Source: Malacoraja senta (lineage: Eukaryota). From it: a stretch of 64,000 nt of DNA. The position numbers and the translations under genes are program-made. The first letter of the stretch is position 1. The number at the start of each line of letters is the position of its first letter. Shown here piece by piece: positions 25,278 to 40,429 of the stretch. The notes under the pieces are model-generated. The model saw nothing but the letters and a program-made list of their open reading frames with translations, did not search any database and was not told where the DNA came from. The DNA lies in the NCBI GenBank assembly GCA_038087875.1, contig CM075995.1:9922001-9986000 (forward strand), in the 5' to 3' direction.

Positions 25278-27930
25278 TAGAAACATAGAAAATAGGTGCA
25301 GGAGTAGGCCATTCGGCCCTTTGAGCCTGCACCACCATTCAATATGATCATGGCTCATCATCCAACTCAGTATCCTGTACCTGCCTTCTCTCCATACCCC
25401 CTGATCCCTTTAGCCACAAGGGCCACATCTAACTCCCTCTTAAATATAGCCAATGAACTGACCTCAACTACCTTCTGTGGCAGAGAATTCCAGAGATTCA
25501 CCACTCTCTGTGTGAAAAATGTTTTTCTCATCTCGGTCCTAAAAGAATTCCCCCTTATCCTTAAACTGTGACCCCTTGTTCGAGACTTCCCCAACATCGG
25601 GAACAATCTTCCTGCATCTAGCCTGTCCAACCCCTTAAGAATTTTGTAAGTTTCTATAAGATCCCCCCTCAACCTTCTAAATTCTAGCGAGTACAAGCCG
25701 AGTCTATCCAGTCTTTCTTCATATGAAAGTCCTGACATCCCAGGAATCAGTCTTGTGAACCTTCTCTGTACTCCCTCTATGGCAAGAATGTCTTTCCTCA
25801 GATATGGAGATCAAAACTGTACGCAATACTCCAGGTGTGGTCTCACCAAGACCCTGTACAACTGCAGTAGAACCTCCTTGCTGCTATACTCAAATCCTTT
25901 TGCTATGAATGCTAACATACCATTCGCTTTCTTACGGGGCACTTGGATAAACATGACTTCATCGGACAGAACCGGCATGGTTTTGTGAAGGGGAAGTCCT
26001 GTTTAACGAATCTGCTCGAATTCTTTGAGGAAGTAACAACCCGGGTGGATAAAGGGGAACCGGTGGATGTGGTATACTTGGACTTCCCTTCCAAAAGGCT
26101 TTTGACAAGGTGCCACATAAGAGACTATTGCTAAAAATAAAAAATATGGATTGGGGGTAATATATTAGCATGGGTAGAGGGATTGGCTAACCAAAATAGG
26201 AAGCAGAGAGTGGGGATAAATGGTTCATACTCGGGATGGCAACCGGTAACTAGCGGGGTTCCGCATGGGTCGGTGCTGGACCCCAGTTGTTCACAATTTA
26301 TATAAATGATTTGGAGGAGGGAACCAAGTGTAATATATCAAAATTTGCGGACGATACAAAAATGGGAGGAAAAGTAGGGATGAGGAGGGCTAGGAAGAGT
26401 CTGCAAAAGGATATAGATAAGCTAGGTGAGTGGGCAACAACTTGGCAGATGAAATTTAATACTAATAAATGTGAAGTCATTCACTTTGGGGAAAAAAAAT
26501 GATAGGGCAAGTTATTTTCTAAATGAGGTGGAGTGCGTTGTAATGCAACGCAAAGGGATCTAGGGGTAGTAGTACATGAATCACTAAAAGATAGTATGCA
26601 GGTGCAGCAAGCAATCAGGAAGGCCAATGGAGTTTTGGCCTTTATTGCTAGGGGGATTGAGTATAAAACACGGGAGGTCTTGCTGCAGCTGTACACAGTA
26701 TTAGTGAGACCACATTTGGAATACTGTGTACAGTTCTGGGGTCCATACTTAAGAAAGGATGTACTGGCCCTGGAGGCAGTGCAGCGAAGGTTTACAAGAT
26801 TAATCCTGCAATGAGGGGATTGACATATGAGAAAGGTTAAGTAGGCCTGGAAACTCTACTCTTTGGAGTTTAGAAGAATGAGAGGCGATCTCATTGAAAC
26901 ATATAAGATCGTGAGGGGCCTTGATCGGGGGATGCACCGAGGATGTTCCCAATGATCGGGGAAACTAGAACTAGGGACATAGTTGTAGAATAAGAGGGGT
27001 TCATTTAAACTGAGATGAGGAAGAACTTCTTCACCCAGAGGGTGGTTAATTTATGGAATTCACTGCCCCAGGGAGCAGTGGAAGCAGAAACATTAAATAT
27101 ATTTAAGTCTAAAATAGATGTTTTTTTAGCTGCCAAGGGGATAAGGGGCTACGGGGAGAGGGCAGGGTATATGGACCTAGGTATGGTTAGTATAGTAAGA
27201 CCTGAGTGATCTCCTGGACAAGTGTCGATCGCCTGGATTGGGGTCGGAGAGGAATTTCCCGGATTTTTTTCCCGAATTGGACCTGGGTTTTTATCGGTTT
27301 TTTTGCCTCCCCAGGAGATCACGCGGTTCTTGGGTGGAGAGGGGTGATAGCGATATAAAGGGGAGGGTAGTGTCTTGTGTTCTGTGTCTTGTGTCTACTG
27401 TTTGTGGGTAAGGTGTCTGTTTGGTGTTCAGCCATGAGCGAATGGCGGTGCGGGCTCGATGGGCCTGCTGGTCTACTCTCGCACCTACTTTCTATGTTTC
27501 TATGTTCACTGCCTGCTGCACCTGCATGCCTACTTTCAATGACTGGTGTACCATTGACACCCAGGTCTCGTTGCATCCCCTTTTCCTAATCGGGCACCAG
27601 TCAGATTATAGTCTACTTTATTGTTTTTGCCACCAAATTGGATAACCTCACATTTATCCACATTATACTGCATCTGCCATGCATTTGCCCACTCACGCAA
27701 CCTATCCAAGTCACCCTTGCAGCCTCATAGCATCCTCCTCACAGCTAACACTGCCCCCCATCTTCGTGTCATCCGCAAACTTGGAGATGTTGCATTCAAT
27801 TCCCTCGTCCAAATCATTATATATATTGTAAATAGCTGGGTCCCAGCCACTGAGCCTTGCGGTACCCCACCAGTCACTGCCTGCCATTCTGAAAGGGACC
27901 CGTTTACTCCTACTCTTTGCTTCCTGTCTT
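25278..27930 (-). mobile_element. CR1 fragment interrupted by an oppositely oriented CR1
   Basis: ORF 25738-25367; sequence ccattcgctttctt resumes as ttcactgcctgc at 27505. Confidence 0.88.
25934..27504 (+). mobile_element. CR1 of a subfamily with a long 3' UTR, 5'-truncated, many frameshifts
   Basis: RT peptides (HGFVKGKSCLTNLLEFF, KFADD, VRPHLEYC); ends ctactttctatgtttctatg. Confidence 0.88.
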
Positions 27931-28134
27931 ATGATTACAATCAATCCATTTAGTGTATAGATACATGATAAGGGAATAATGTTTAGTGCCAGCAAAGTCC
28001 GGTCAAGGATAGTCTGAGGGACATCAAAGAGGTAGATAGTAGTTCAACCTAGCTTTCTGGTTGTGGTAGGATGATTCAGTGGCCCGATTTACGGGGAATG
28101 TGCAAACGTAGACTGGGCGATCGTTACGCGGAAT

Positions 28135-30555
28135 ACCAAAGTGGATAACCTCACATTTATCCACATTAAACTGCATCTGCTATGCAGCTGCCCACACACC
28201 CAACCTGTCCAGGTCACCCTGCATCCTCATAGCATCCTCACATTCTGAAAGGGTCCCGTAAATCCCTACTCTTTGTTTCCTGTCTGTCAACCAATTTAAA
28301 TATCATGTCGGTACCGTACATGTGCTCTAATTTGCCCACTAATCTGCTATGTGGGACCTTATCAAAGGCTTCTGAAGGTCCAGGGTACATTAAATCCACC
28401 GGCTCTCCCTTGTCCATTTCCTAGTTATATCCTCAAAAAATTCAGAAGATTAGTCAAGCGTGATTTCCCCATCATAAATCCATGCTGACTCGGACCGATC
28501 CTGTTACTGCTATCCAAATGTGCCGCTATTTCATCTTTTATAATTGACTCCAGCATCTTCCCCACCACCGATGTCAGGCTAACTAGCTTATAATTCCCTG
28601 TTTTCCTCTCTCCATCCTTTCTTTAAAAAGTGGGATATTAGCTACCCTCCAATCCACAGGAACTGATCCTGAATCTATAGAACATTGGAAAATGATCACC
28701 AATGCGTCCACGATTTCTAGAGCCACTTCCTATAAGTATCCTGGGATGCAGACCAACAGGCCTTGGGGATTTATCAGCCTTCAGTCCCATTGTCTACCCC
28801 AACACCATTTCCTGCCTAGTGTGAATTACCTTCAGTTCCTCTGTCACCCTAGGTCCTTTGGCCACTAGTACATCTGGGAGATTGTTTGTGTCTTCCTGAG
28901 TGAAGACAGATCCAAAGTATCTTGGTTCTTGGTTTCTTGGTCCTCAAATATTCCAATGAATTTAAACTGGAGGTGGACTCAACTCTGTTCAACTCGTCTG
29001 CCATTTTCTTGTTCCCCATAATAAATTCACCTGTTTCTGTCTTCAAGGAACCCACATTTACTATTTAGCTTTTCCTATCCTCCTTTATGTTCTTGGCTAG
29101 CTTACCAACGTACCTCATCTTTTCTCCCAGTATTGCCTTTTTAGTTATCTTCAGTTGCTCTTTGAAAGTTTCCCAATCCTCTGGCTTCCTGCTTATCTTT
29201 GCTATGTTATACTTCTCTTTTATTTTTATACTGTCCTTGACTTCCCTTGTCAGCCACGGTCGCCTCTTACTCCCCTTAGAATCTTTCTTCCTCTTTGGAA
29301 TGAACTGATCCTGCACCTTCTGTATTATTCCCAGAAATACCTGTCATTGTTGTTCCACTGTCATCCCTGCTAGGGTCCCTTTCCAGTCAACTTTGGCCAG
29401 CTCCTCCTCATGCCTCCATAGTCCCCTTTGCTCAACTGTAATACTGACACTTCTGATTTTCCCTTCTCCCTCTCAAATTGTGGATTAAAATTTATCATAA
29501 TATGGTCACTACCTCCTAATGGCTCCTTTACCTTGTTCCCTTTATCAAATCCGGTTCATTGCACAACACTGAATGCAGAATTGCCTTCTCCCTGTTAGGC
29601 TCCAGTACAAGCTACTCTAAGAATCCACCTCGGAGGCACTCCACAAACTCCCTTTCTTGGGGTCCAGTACCAACCTGATTTTCCCAATCTACCTGCATGT
29701 TGAAATCTCCCATAACCACCATAGCATTACCTTTGTGACATGCCAATTTTAACTCTTGATTCAACTTCCACCCTATATCCAGGCTACTGTTCGGGGGCTT
29801 GTAGATGTCCCATTAAGCTTTTTTTACCCGTACAATTCCTCAGTTCGATCATTACTGACTCTACATCTCCTGATTCTATGTCACCTCTTGCAAGGGACTT
29901 AATTTCACTCCTTAGCAACAGCTACCCCACCCCCTCAGCCCACCTGCCTGTCTTTTCGATAGGATGTATACCCCTGAATATTCAGTTCCTAGCCCTGGTC
30001 CTCTTTCAGCCATGACTGTAATTCCCACAACATCATATTTGCCAATTTCTAACTGAGCCTCAAGCTCATCCATTTTATTTCTTATACTTCGCGCATTCAT
30101 ATACAACACTTTAACTTCGGTATTCACCTTCCCTCACACACTGGTCACTATTGGCCCTGACCTTACTCTCTTATCCCTTCTCGAACTTGCCTTCTCATTA
30201 ATTCAGTGGTCTTTTATAACTTTTCCTAAAGTCACTTCCCCTTTAACTCCATCTTTATACACCCAATTTGTCAACCCCTCCCCCGGCTGTTTAGTTTAAA
30301 CCCACACGTGTAGTACTGGCAAACCTGCCTGCCAGAACGTTGGTCCCACTCCAGTTAAGATATGACCCGTCCGTTTTGTATAGGTCACCCATACCCCAGA
30401 AGAGATCCCAGTGGTCTATAAATCTAAATCCTTGCTCTCTGCACCAGCCCCCCAGCCACACATTCAGATCCCCTATCTCCTTGTTCCTGCCCTTGCCAGC
30501 ATGAGGTACAAGAAGCAATCCAGAGATAACCACCATAGAAGTCCTGCTTTTCAGT
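28135..30555 (-). mobile_element. CR1 5' half: ORF1 SGNH-esterase C-terminus, endonuclease and RT start, degenerate
   Basis: VVISGLL...WCREQGFRFIDHWDLFWG..DLYKTDG (30536-30291); VLYMNARSIRNKMDEL (30127-29912). Confidence 0.88.
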
Positions 30556-31437
30556 CTTGTTCCTAACTCTCTTAACGCTGCAGAACCTCCTTCCTCTTCT
30601 TACCGACGTCGTTTGTGCCTACGTACACAACTACTTCCAGCTTCCCTCTCGAGGATTTCATTTGTTTCTATCGGGTTACCCCTCAGCCTCTGACACTCCA
30701 GCGAAAAGTATTTACACTTCTTATAGCAAATACTCTCTAATCCAGGCAACATACATGTCAACATCTTATGTGTAATTTGGCGTAACTACGGGTTCACAAA
30801 CCCACAGCCCGATTTCCCAGTTTTTTATATTTAACATCCCCCAATGAAGAAAGCATACAATATGCCGCCCATGCCACTGTATCTACTTGTGTTACCACTT
30901 TGGGGGGGACGATGGACTTGCACCCCAAGATATCTCTGTACATCAGTGCCCTGAAGATCTTGCCATTTTCCAGATATTTGTTAATTGATGTATAAGCCTC
31001 CTATGTTCCACCTTTTCAAAAACAAACTGCTGGAATAACTCTGCTGATCAGGCAGTAACTGTAAGGAAAATAGATAATATTTTTGGTCGGGATACTTCGG
31101 ATTGAACAAACGTCCCAGCCTGAAATGTCACCTGTCCATTCCCCTCACGGATGCTGTCTGACCGGTGTGAGTTTCTCTAATGGTTTGTTTATTTTTTACT
31201 CTAGATTCCAGCCTCTGCAGTCTCTTGTCAAATTATTTTTGGAAATCTAAATACACCACATCTGTAGGTTGCCTTGTATAATTTCTTCCTGTTACATCTT
31301 GAAACTATTTGAGCAAATTTGTCAATCATTAATTACTGTTTGTAAAATCATGTTGACTGGATTTAATGATTTTAATTGATTAGCTGTTTCCTCTGATTAT
31401 GGACGTATTTTACTAATAGCTATTTAACTTGGTTTTA

Positions 31438-33033
31438 CAGTTCCCTCCATAATGTTTGGGACAAATACCCATCATTTATTTATCTGCCTCTGCACTCAAC
31501 AATTTGAGATTTGTAATAAAAAAAAATCACATGTGGTTAAAGTGCACATTGTCAGATTTTAATAAAGGCCATTTTTATACATTTTGGTTTCACCATGTAG
31601 AAATTACAGCAGTGTTTATACATAATCCCCCATTTCAGGGCACCATAATGTTTGGGACACAGCAGTGTCATGGAAATGAAAGTAGTCATGTTTAGTATTT
31701 TGTTGCATTTCCTTTGCATGCAATGACTGCTTGAACTCTGCAATTCATGGACATCACCAGTTGCTGGATGTCTTCTCTGATGATGCTCTGCCAGGCCTGC
31801 ATTACAGCCATATTTAGCTTATACTTGTTTTGGGGGATAGTCCCCTTCAGTTTTCTCTTCAGCATATAAAAGGCATGCTCAATTGGGTTCAGATCAGGTG
31901 ATTTACTTGGCCACTAAAGAATTGACCATTTTTTAGCTTTGAAAAACTCCTTCGTTGCTTTAGCAGTATGTTTGGGATCATTGTCTTGCTGTAGAATGAA
32001 CCGCAGACAATGAGTTTAGAGGCATTTGTTTGAACTTAATAGAAATTAAGTTAATAGCATGTGTCTATACACTTCAGAATTAATTACCACCATCAGTTGC
32101 ATCATCAATGAAGATAAGTGAGCCAGTACCTTCAGCAGCCATACATGCCCAGGCCATAACACCCTCACCACCGTGTTTCACAGATGAGGAGGTATGCTTT
32201 GGATCTTGGGCAGTACCTTCTCTCCTCCATACTTTGCTCTTGCCATCACTTGATATAAGTTAATCTTCGTCTCATCTGTCAACAAGACCCTTTTCCAGAA
32301 CTGTAGTTGCCCTTTTAAGTACTTCTTGGCAAACTGTAACCTGACCATCCTATCTTTGCGGCTAACCAGTGGTTTGCATCTTGCAGTGTAGCCTCTGTAT
32401 TTCTGTTCATGAAGCCTTCTGCGGACAGTGGTCATTGACAAATCCACACCTGACTCCTGAAGAGTGTTTCTGATCTGTCGGATAGGTGATGGGGATTTTA
32501 CTTTATTATAGAGAGAATTCTTCTGTCATCAGCTGTGGAGGTCTTCCTTGGCCTGCCAGTCCCTTTGCGATTAGTAAGCTTACCAGTGCTCTCTTTGTTC
32601 TTAATAATATTTCAAACAGTTTTATTCTTGTTTCTCAGTCTCAAAGTGGTTTCTTTGACTTTCATTGGCAAAACTTTGGTCCTCATGTTGATGGACAGCA
32701 ATAAAAGTTTCCTATGGTGATGGAAAGACTGGGTGCTGAGAACTCTCTTATATCTGCATTAAGGAGGCAATTAAACACACCTAAGCAATTACAAATACCT
32801 GCGAAACCATGTGTCCCAAATATTATGGTGCCCTGAAATGGGGGGGGACGATGTATAAACACTGCTGTAATTTCTACATGGTGAAACCAAAATGTATAAA
32901 AATACCCTTTAATAAAATACAATGTGCACTTCAACCATATGTGATTTATTTCTATTACAAATCTCAAATTGTGGAGTACAGAGGCAAATAAATAAATGAT
33001 GGGTCTTTGTCCCAAACATTATGGTGGGCACTG
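31438..33033 (-). mobile_element. Tc1/mariner DNA transposon of IR/DR type, defective transposase
   Basis: TA target duplication; about 224-bp terminal inverted repeats (31438-31661, 32810-33033), each with two direct repeats resembling ccataatgtttgggaca; transposase remnant TVRRRLHE...RLQFAKKY...WKRVLLTDETK. Confidence 0.93.
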
Positions 33034-33478
33034 TAGTTCCCTGCCTTTGTCCTTTTGGGGTGATCTGAATGAGGTGTTTAAAGTGACTTGGTGAGGCAAG
33101 ATCAGGCTGGCTGACCTCCCTCTGATTGTTGAAGTAGAGGTGGGTGACAAATTATCTTGAAATTCTTCAAGAAATAGAGGATGTGGGAACTGTGGTGTTA
33201 CTGTGGCAGAGCTGCAGTAGACCCAGGTCCTTTCTGATTCTTCGATAGGTATGTATGTTCTGGTGTGATGGCAGCTCTCTGAATGTCAGTTACCTTAGAA
33301 ACAAACTTGGAAGAGAAATGCCGAATGAGATTATTAGGCTGTACAGGTTAATTAGATGGTGGTTGTGAAGTTGTTTCTGTCTGTGCACGATAACTGGGGA
33401 TAGTGATGGTCAACTAGCACCAGAGCTTGCACTCTGCTGTTGCAGAATAGAAAGTGAGGCCCTTCCTTTTGCTTGTAG

Positions 33479-33646
<168 letters not shown>

Positions 33647-36600
33647 TGAAGTGCACTGTGGTCTAATAAAGGAATAAGGCATTGAAGTGGATGTAGCTGG
33701 TGATAATAGATAGTGGTGGTTAGATTGATGGTTGTATGGCAGATTGGTAATAACAGAAGTGGAAAGCCTCATTTCATTGTCATCCAGTCAGCAGCGACGT
33801 AGGCAGTCATCACTTCCTCTGCAACATGATAGTGGTCAAGTGCTAATTCATGTTAATTGGATGACCACTACACACCCATCGCCCCATCCTCACAAAACAT
33901 CCCAGCAAGAATTTGCAATTTTCCCATTACAATAGACTCTTCCAATAGATTTCTACTCGTTTTAAATATGGTAGGCCAAGATGTTCTAGATTAATTTGTT
34001 AAGATTTGTCACGGGCATGCTAATGTAGATTAATGCATGCCTGTACAATTGATAAAGGACCCTATGCTTCTACATATGAGCAACTGTGGCTATGAAACCT
34101 ACAGAATGAAGCACTGGTCACTGCTCATTTGTTAACCATCCCAACAAAACTGGTAAGTAAACATAGGCATAGCTTGTGGGATGCCAAAAACTGGTTACAA
34201 TTGGTTTGGTATTAATGGAGGAACTGATGTGCTAATGCCCATGGAACATTAGCCTTGGAAGGTAAGAGGGCATTTAGTGTGGTTTGAGTAGACTTCTGTA
34301 GGGGAGCTAGATGCAGCCTACTTATGGCAAGTTTTTAAAACAAGCTTTGGGTAGTGTGCAAGAGTAGGCCATGGAATGGAGCTATTAGCCTGTCTATATT
34401 TGTCACAAAGGCTAAAGACTAATTAAAATTATACCGTTGTAGAAAGCGAGTTTAGCCGAGATATGATGGTTTCGGAGTAGTGAGATCCAGATAGTGGGTT
34501 CAAGTGATTGAAGTTCAGTGCTGCAGGGCCTGTGATTTAAAGTCAATGTGGTAACGGTGGCAATCCTAGAAGGAATGAGCATCTTGTATAGGCTATATAA
34601 ATAGTGTGAGATGAGGAGAGGGCAGATGAAATGGATGTTAAGAGCCAAGCCATGAGACTGCAGATTCTGGAGTCTGGAGTTAAAAGAAACTGCTGAAAGA
34701 TCTCTGGGTCGAGCAGCAGTTGTAATAGTGAGAGATGTTAAGGCCTGGGGCAGGGAAGGTTATCGGAAAAGACATTTAGTTTCTGGATTGGTCTTGTGGA
34801 AAGGCATTGGTAAGTGGCAGATAGATGGAGGTGTGAGCATGGGAGCTTGCAGCGATAGTGTGATCTCCCCACAGGCACAGATGATGTGGGTGGACAAGAG
34901 AAGTCTTCCTGGTAGTTTTACAATGGATCCCAAGTTTAACGTCAGTTCCTCCAACCATTTTTGAATCAGACTTTTTTATGCCCATGTTTAAAGTCTAGGA
35001 TTTTGCTGACGTTATGAATGCTGCCGTAACAGTGCCTATTATGTGATTAGAAACTGCCTCTCTTCTTTGTGTCTCCTCCAAGCTTTTTTGTAGAGCAGGA
35101 TTCAGCTGCAGAGTGCCCTCCTCGCCGGTCCAGCAGCCTTTATGTTCAGAAGAAGCAACAACTGTAAATTCCAGCATTAAGGTGTCGCAGCCAGGAGCAC
35201 ACGGCATTCTAAGCGACTACATCTCCAGGAAACGGCCTGGGATTGGGGGCAGGCAGGGCGGGATTATGAATTTTACCTAACTTTCCTCTGCAATAAATAT
35301 TTTTGAAGTGATTTTTTAATGAAAAGCAATTGCAGGTCATTGGAGTAGACTTTTGTTCTTGTGAAGTACGTAGCGTCTATCCTTGGCTTGTCCTGTTGGC
35401 AGCTGGCTCTGCTCTTGCCTTTGTGTGGAGTACATCAGGGAGCTTTGAGCAGCTACTGTAGTAGGTTTGACTTAATTACCTGCAGTAAAATGTGTAGGTG
35501 CTGTGTTCACTTGAGAATGCTTGGCCATGTTTTTATTTGCGCTGAAGATGTGCTGTATGAGTAATTGAAGATTAAACATGGAAATGACTGATGGACCGTG
35601 ACGGTCAGGAACGACAGACTCTTTCTGGACCCTTGATTATAGGCCAGGCACAACAGCGGTCTTGTGGACATCCACGTTCTGTCCTGTTTCTTGCTGCTTG
35701 TTCGCTGTGCCATCTGCACACCCCGATGTTTACATCATGTTCTGCTGCTTGTTTCTGGCCTGAGTCACAATTCAGGGTCCCATTCTTTCTTGTAATGAAT
35801 GGCAGCTTTGTACTTGGAGTCGGACCCCGGACCCTGGCAAGAAGATGTTAGTTGGAACTCTTGCTAGCCTGCACTTTGTTTCTTGTTTCATGCTGCAGAT
35901 CTAGCATAGTAGTTCCGTGTGGATACAAAGCCACTTCCTTCTCTCTTCGCCTGTGCATCCTAACGTTGGACGTTTCTCATCAACTGAAGAGTGAGGAAAA
36001 TTCGTTGGTTTCGTTACCCACCTACGAGCAGTTGGCTGACACTATTCAGCGTCTGAACAATAAATGCACAAGTTGTGAAACCAGTCTCTGATCTCTTCTT
36101 TCCACCCACCACTATGTTTACTGCGATGGCTCTGTCCTGTGTCTGCAGCGGGTTGTGCTTAGGGTCTGATTCACAGAGTCACACTTTTGTGTTGTGCAAT
36201 TGGCTGGGGGGATAAGTCAGGGCTCTCGCAGTAAACACACACACAGATGTCAACTTGTGTTTGGTATCTGTTAAAGGGGCCTTCAGCCCATTTGAAAAGT
36301 GGTAAGTTTCAACAGCTTGCTGTCAGGTGCAATCCTCTGCCAATTGTTTCGAGTCGTATGCTGCTGTGTTGGGGAGAAATCCAGCTTGTGATGTTGCATT
36401 TTCTCCCACTGCCTCGGGTCGCTGTTCCTGCTCCTGTCCACGGTGTGTTCTGGGTAGGGTGACATCACTCTGGTCTGCTTGTTCTGTAGCTGCCCTGTAC
36501 AAATCATCCACCCATGATCAATTTCTGTGGAAGGTTTTGTACAGTGCAGCTGCAGTGATGTCATTCTACCCAAAACACACCACAGGAAGGTGCGTGGACT

Positions 36601-36883
36601 GCTAAACTCTTCCCACCTCCCTCTTTCCTCCTTGTACCTGCCCTTTCCTGGTGGTGAACGAACGCGAGGTTACAGGGTGGATTTCTCCGCTGCACCACAA
36701 CGTGTGACTTGGAGCACTTGGCAGGGGATTGTGCGTGGGAGCAGGAAATTTACTGTTTTTTAAATGAGGTGTAGTTTCCCTTTAATTAGATGTGCCAGCA
36801 TGCTACATACTCTCCTGGAAAACACTAAGGCTTTTTTTGTGCACTGGAGTCCAGTGTTCTTAATGAGTGGTCTAGAAAAATGA

Positions 36884-37564
<681 letters not shown>

Positions 37565-40429
37565 TGATTTTTTTTTCCTCCTGTCTTGTTTTCTCCCACT
37601 CTAAAGCACCAAGCTACTTCCTAAGTTGAACCAGACTGCCACTCACTCAATGTTGAAAGGCCATCAGGACAGTACGCCAGAATTGGAAGAGTTGTCCTGA
37701 TGGAGTGGGAATGACTGGAAGAGAAGGCTCATGGTTAGAACCACAGAGGACAAGCCGTGCATTTCATCTCAACCAATGCTAATACCAGAACTAGGAACAG
37801 TGGGGGAGGTATTCATTCCTTCGCACCATCAGCCCTTCTTTCCTCCTATTAGTTGGATGCTGCTTAAAGTATAGATCTCTGCATGTAGGCTGGCAAGCTC
37901 ACTTGTCGATATAGGTCACTTCTGTGCCTTGGGCACAGCCACAGTTGCGAGGATGCTGCATTTTTAACATTCAGGTTTTCGTCGTGACTGTTATCCAAGA
38001 CTTGCGCCAGCGTTGTTATCTGGAATTTCTCGAGTTGGGACTCTTCATTTTGTGCTGGCCACTACATGTAAGCAACCCTTTATCTACAAGACACTGATGT
38101 TGGGCATTCCTGTTTGACCTTGACATAATGTATTCGCCATCACTAGCTACTGGTGGATATGTGCTGTATGTTCAGTCTGAATGCTGCTTCTTTGTGGCTA
38201 TCTTGAAACTGAGAATACAGAACCAGAGGCGACTTTTTCCCAAGCTTTTCGCAGCTAGTGGGTTTTCTCACCTTTCTGGGGCAGTTGTAGATGAACTGAT
38301 TGTTGTGATTAGTCAACTATTCTTGTAAACGCCAGTTTCTAGTTGGCAAACTAGGTGGCCCACAATATTTCCTTCAGTTAACAATATCTGTATCAATTTA
38401 GTGGCAAAAACACAGCCAGAAACCTGAAAGGGTTTGCGGCCTAGCATGATAATATATTGGAGAAGTGGGCACTTTATCTCATTGCTGTGCTTGAGGGTTG
38501 CTGGATGGCTGTGCCAACTGCAGCATGAAGCTGCCAGGCAGGTGATCCATTGAAGGAATGCTTTGTATTGTGTGTGCAGTGAGTAGGCAACAGCTCTGTA
38601 CCGTTGGCTGACGCAGATTTAGATTGGCAATGTGACTGATTGATAGCGGTATGAGGAAGCCTTCTATTCTATCAACGCGAGAGATGTTTTACAACTGTAG
38701 CAATTGTGCTTCAACATATCTGATCTTGATGTTTTGGGTTGGGTGGGGGGGAGAATGGGGACAGGGTTGTTATAATAATCAAGCCATCTCCATGTTGTCC
38801 TGGTACTTAATGACAATTATTCCTTCTGAGTTGTACTCGGTTTGTTTTTAGTTGAAGCATGGATGTTTTGTAATTGAGAATAGTCCAGTCTACTCAGCTG
38901 ATATATTCCACATAACATGTTGGATTTATAGGTCATTTAATATTTTCAGGTATGGTCAGCAGTCGTTGAAGTTTTTTGTGTTCTGTAATTCAACATGAGT
39001 ATTCTTTGGCACAGAAATCTTGAAGTGAAGCTGGAAGTGGGGAAACCAGGCATGTGGAGCTGAGCGTAAGCAAAATAACACTTCTCTCATCTGGTATTGG
39101 TCCTATGAAATGGCTTTGAGTGTCAGTAGAGTTGAAAATATTTGTGCTCCTGGTCCCCTTTGTCAGCAGAATGCATCTCAGCCATGCTTGGGAACATCCA
39201 ATGTAAACTAATCATAAATCCCTTGGATGCACATCAAGGTGAAGCCCTATTTGCTATGTGTGACTAATTTTACTGCTTGCCCAGCTCGCGCTGTCAATGC
39301 TAGAAAGCATAGGTTTAAGGTGAGAAGGAAAAAAATGGATGGAAGTAGTTGAGGCAGGTACAATTGCAATATATAAAAGGCATTTGTAGAGGTACGTGCA
39401 AAGGAAAGGTTTAGCGAGATGGGCCAGGCATGGCCAAATAGGACTAGCTTGGATAGGTATCTCGATCAGTATGGACGAGTTGGGACGAAGGGTGTATGAA
39501 GGAACTGCTGATGCTGCTTTAAACCAAAGATGGACACAAAATGCTGGAGTAACTCAGCGGGACAAGCAGCATCTCTGGAGAGAAGGAATAGGTGGCGTTT
39601 TGGGTCGAGACCCTTCAGACGAATGGCTTGTTTCCATGCTGTATTACTCGGACAAGAGCAACAATGTTGTGATAAACTTTCACAAAATACTAGTTTAGCC
39701 TCAACTGAGATATTGTGCTCATTCCTGGGTGCCATATTTTAAGTAAGGGATGAAGGCATTTTGGTGTATACAGAAGAGATTTGCTAAAATGGCTCTATGG
39801 GTAACGGTTTGTGATTCTGTGAATAGATTGAATACCTCATGGTGGTGAGGAGGAATAGAAACCATTCCCCTTGGCAAAGTCAAGAATGGATGAAGGTGAA
39901 TGTTGGCAGTGACAAGATGAGTGATTTGGATCTGAAACTGACTACACAGTGTTCTGATGGAAGCAAATTGAATTGTGGTGTTTAAGGGACTTGAAAGGAA
40001 CATATTCACAGGACTGTGGGGAGTCAGTAGGTTTGTTGTACTTACTGGGTAGCATTTGCATAGAATTGGGACTGTTAACAGGCCAAATGGTCTCCTGTGC
40101 GGTAACGATTGAGAATATATTGGTGATGGCCAACAACCTCTGAATATGGCATCAGACTGTTTATTAACTGGGCATCATGGCTTACTGCTTCAAGTATTTG
40201 GCCTGCCTGCATGGCACATTCCGCCAATAGTTTCAGATTGGTTGTTACCTGCAATGTCCTCTGACTGCCAACACTGGCTATGGAAGAAATTTAGGCATTG
40301 TTTATCATGGCACATTGCTTCCAGGCTCCAGTACATTGGATTGCTTTCATTAGAGGCTCTGAAGATGACTACAGTGTTGTGCTATTTCACCCACTTCCAT
40401 TGCCTCACACCCAAAACTCTTAGCCTTGA

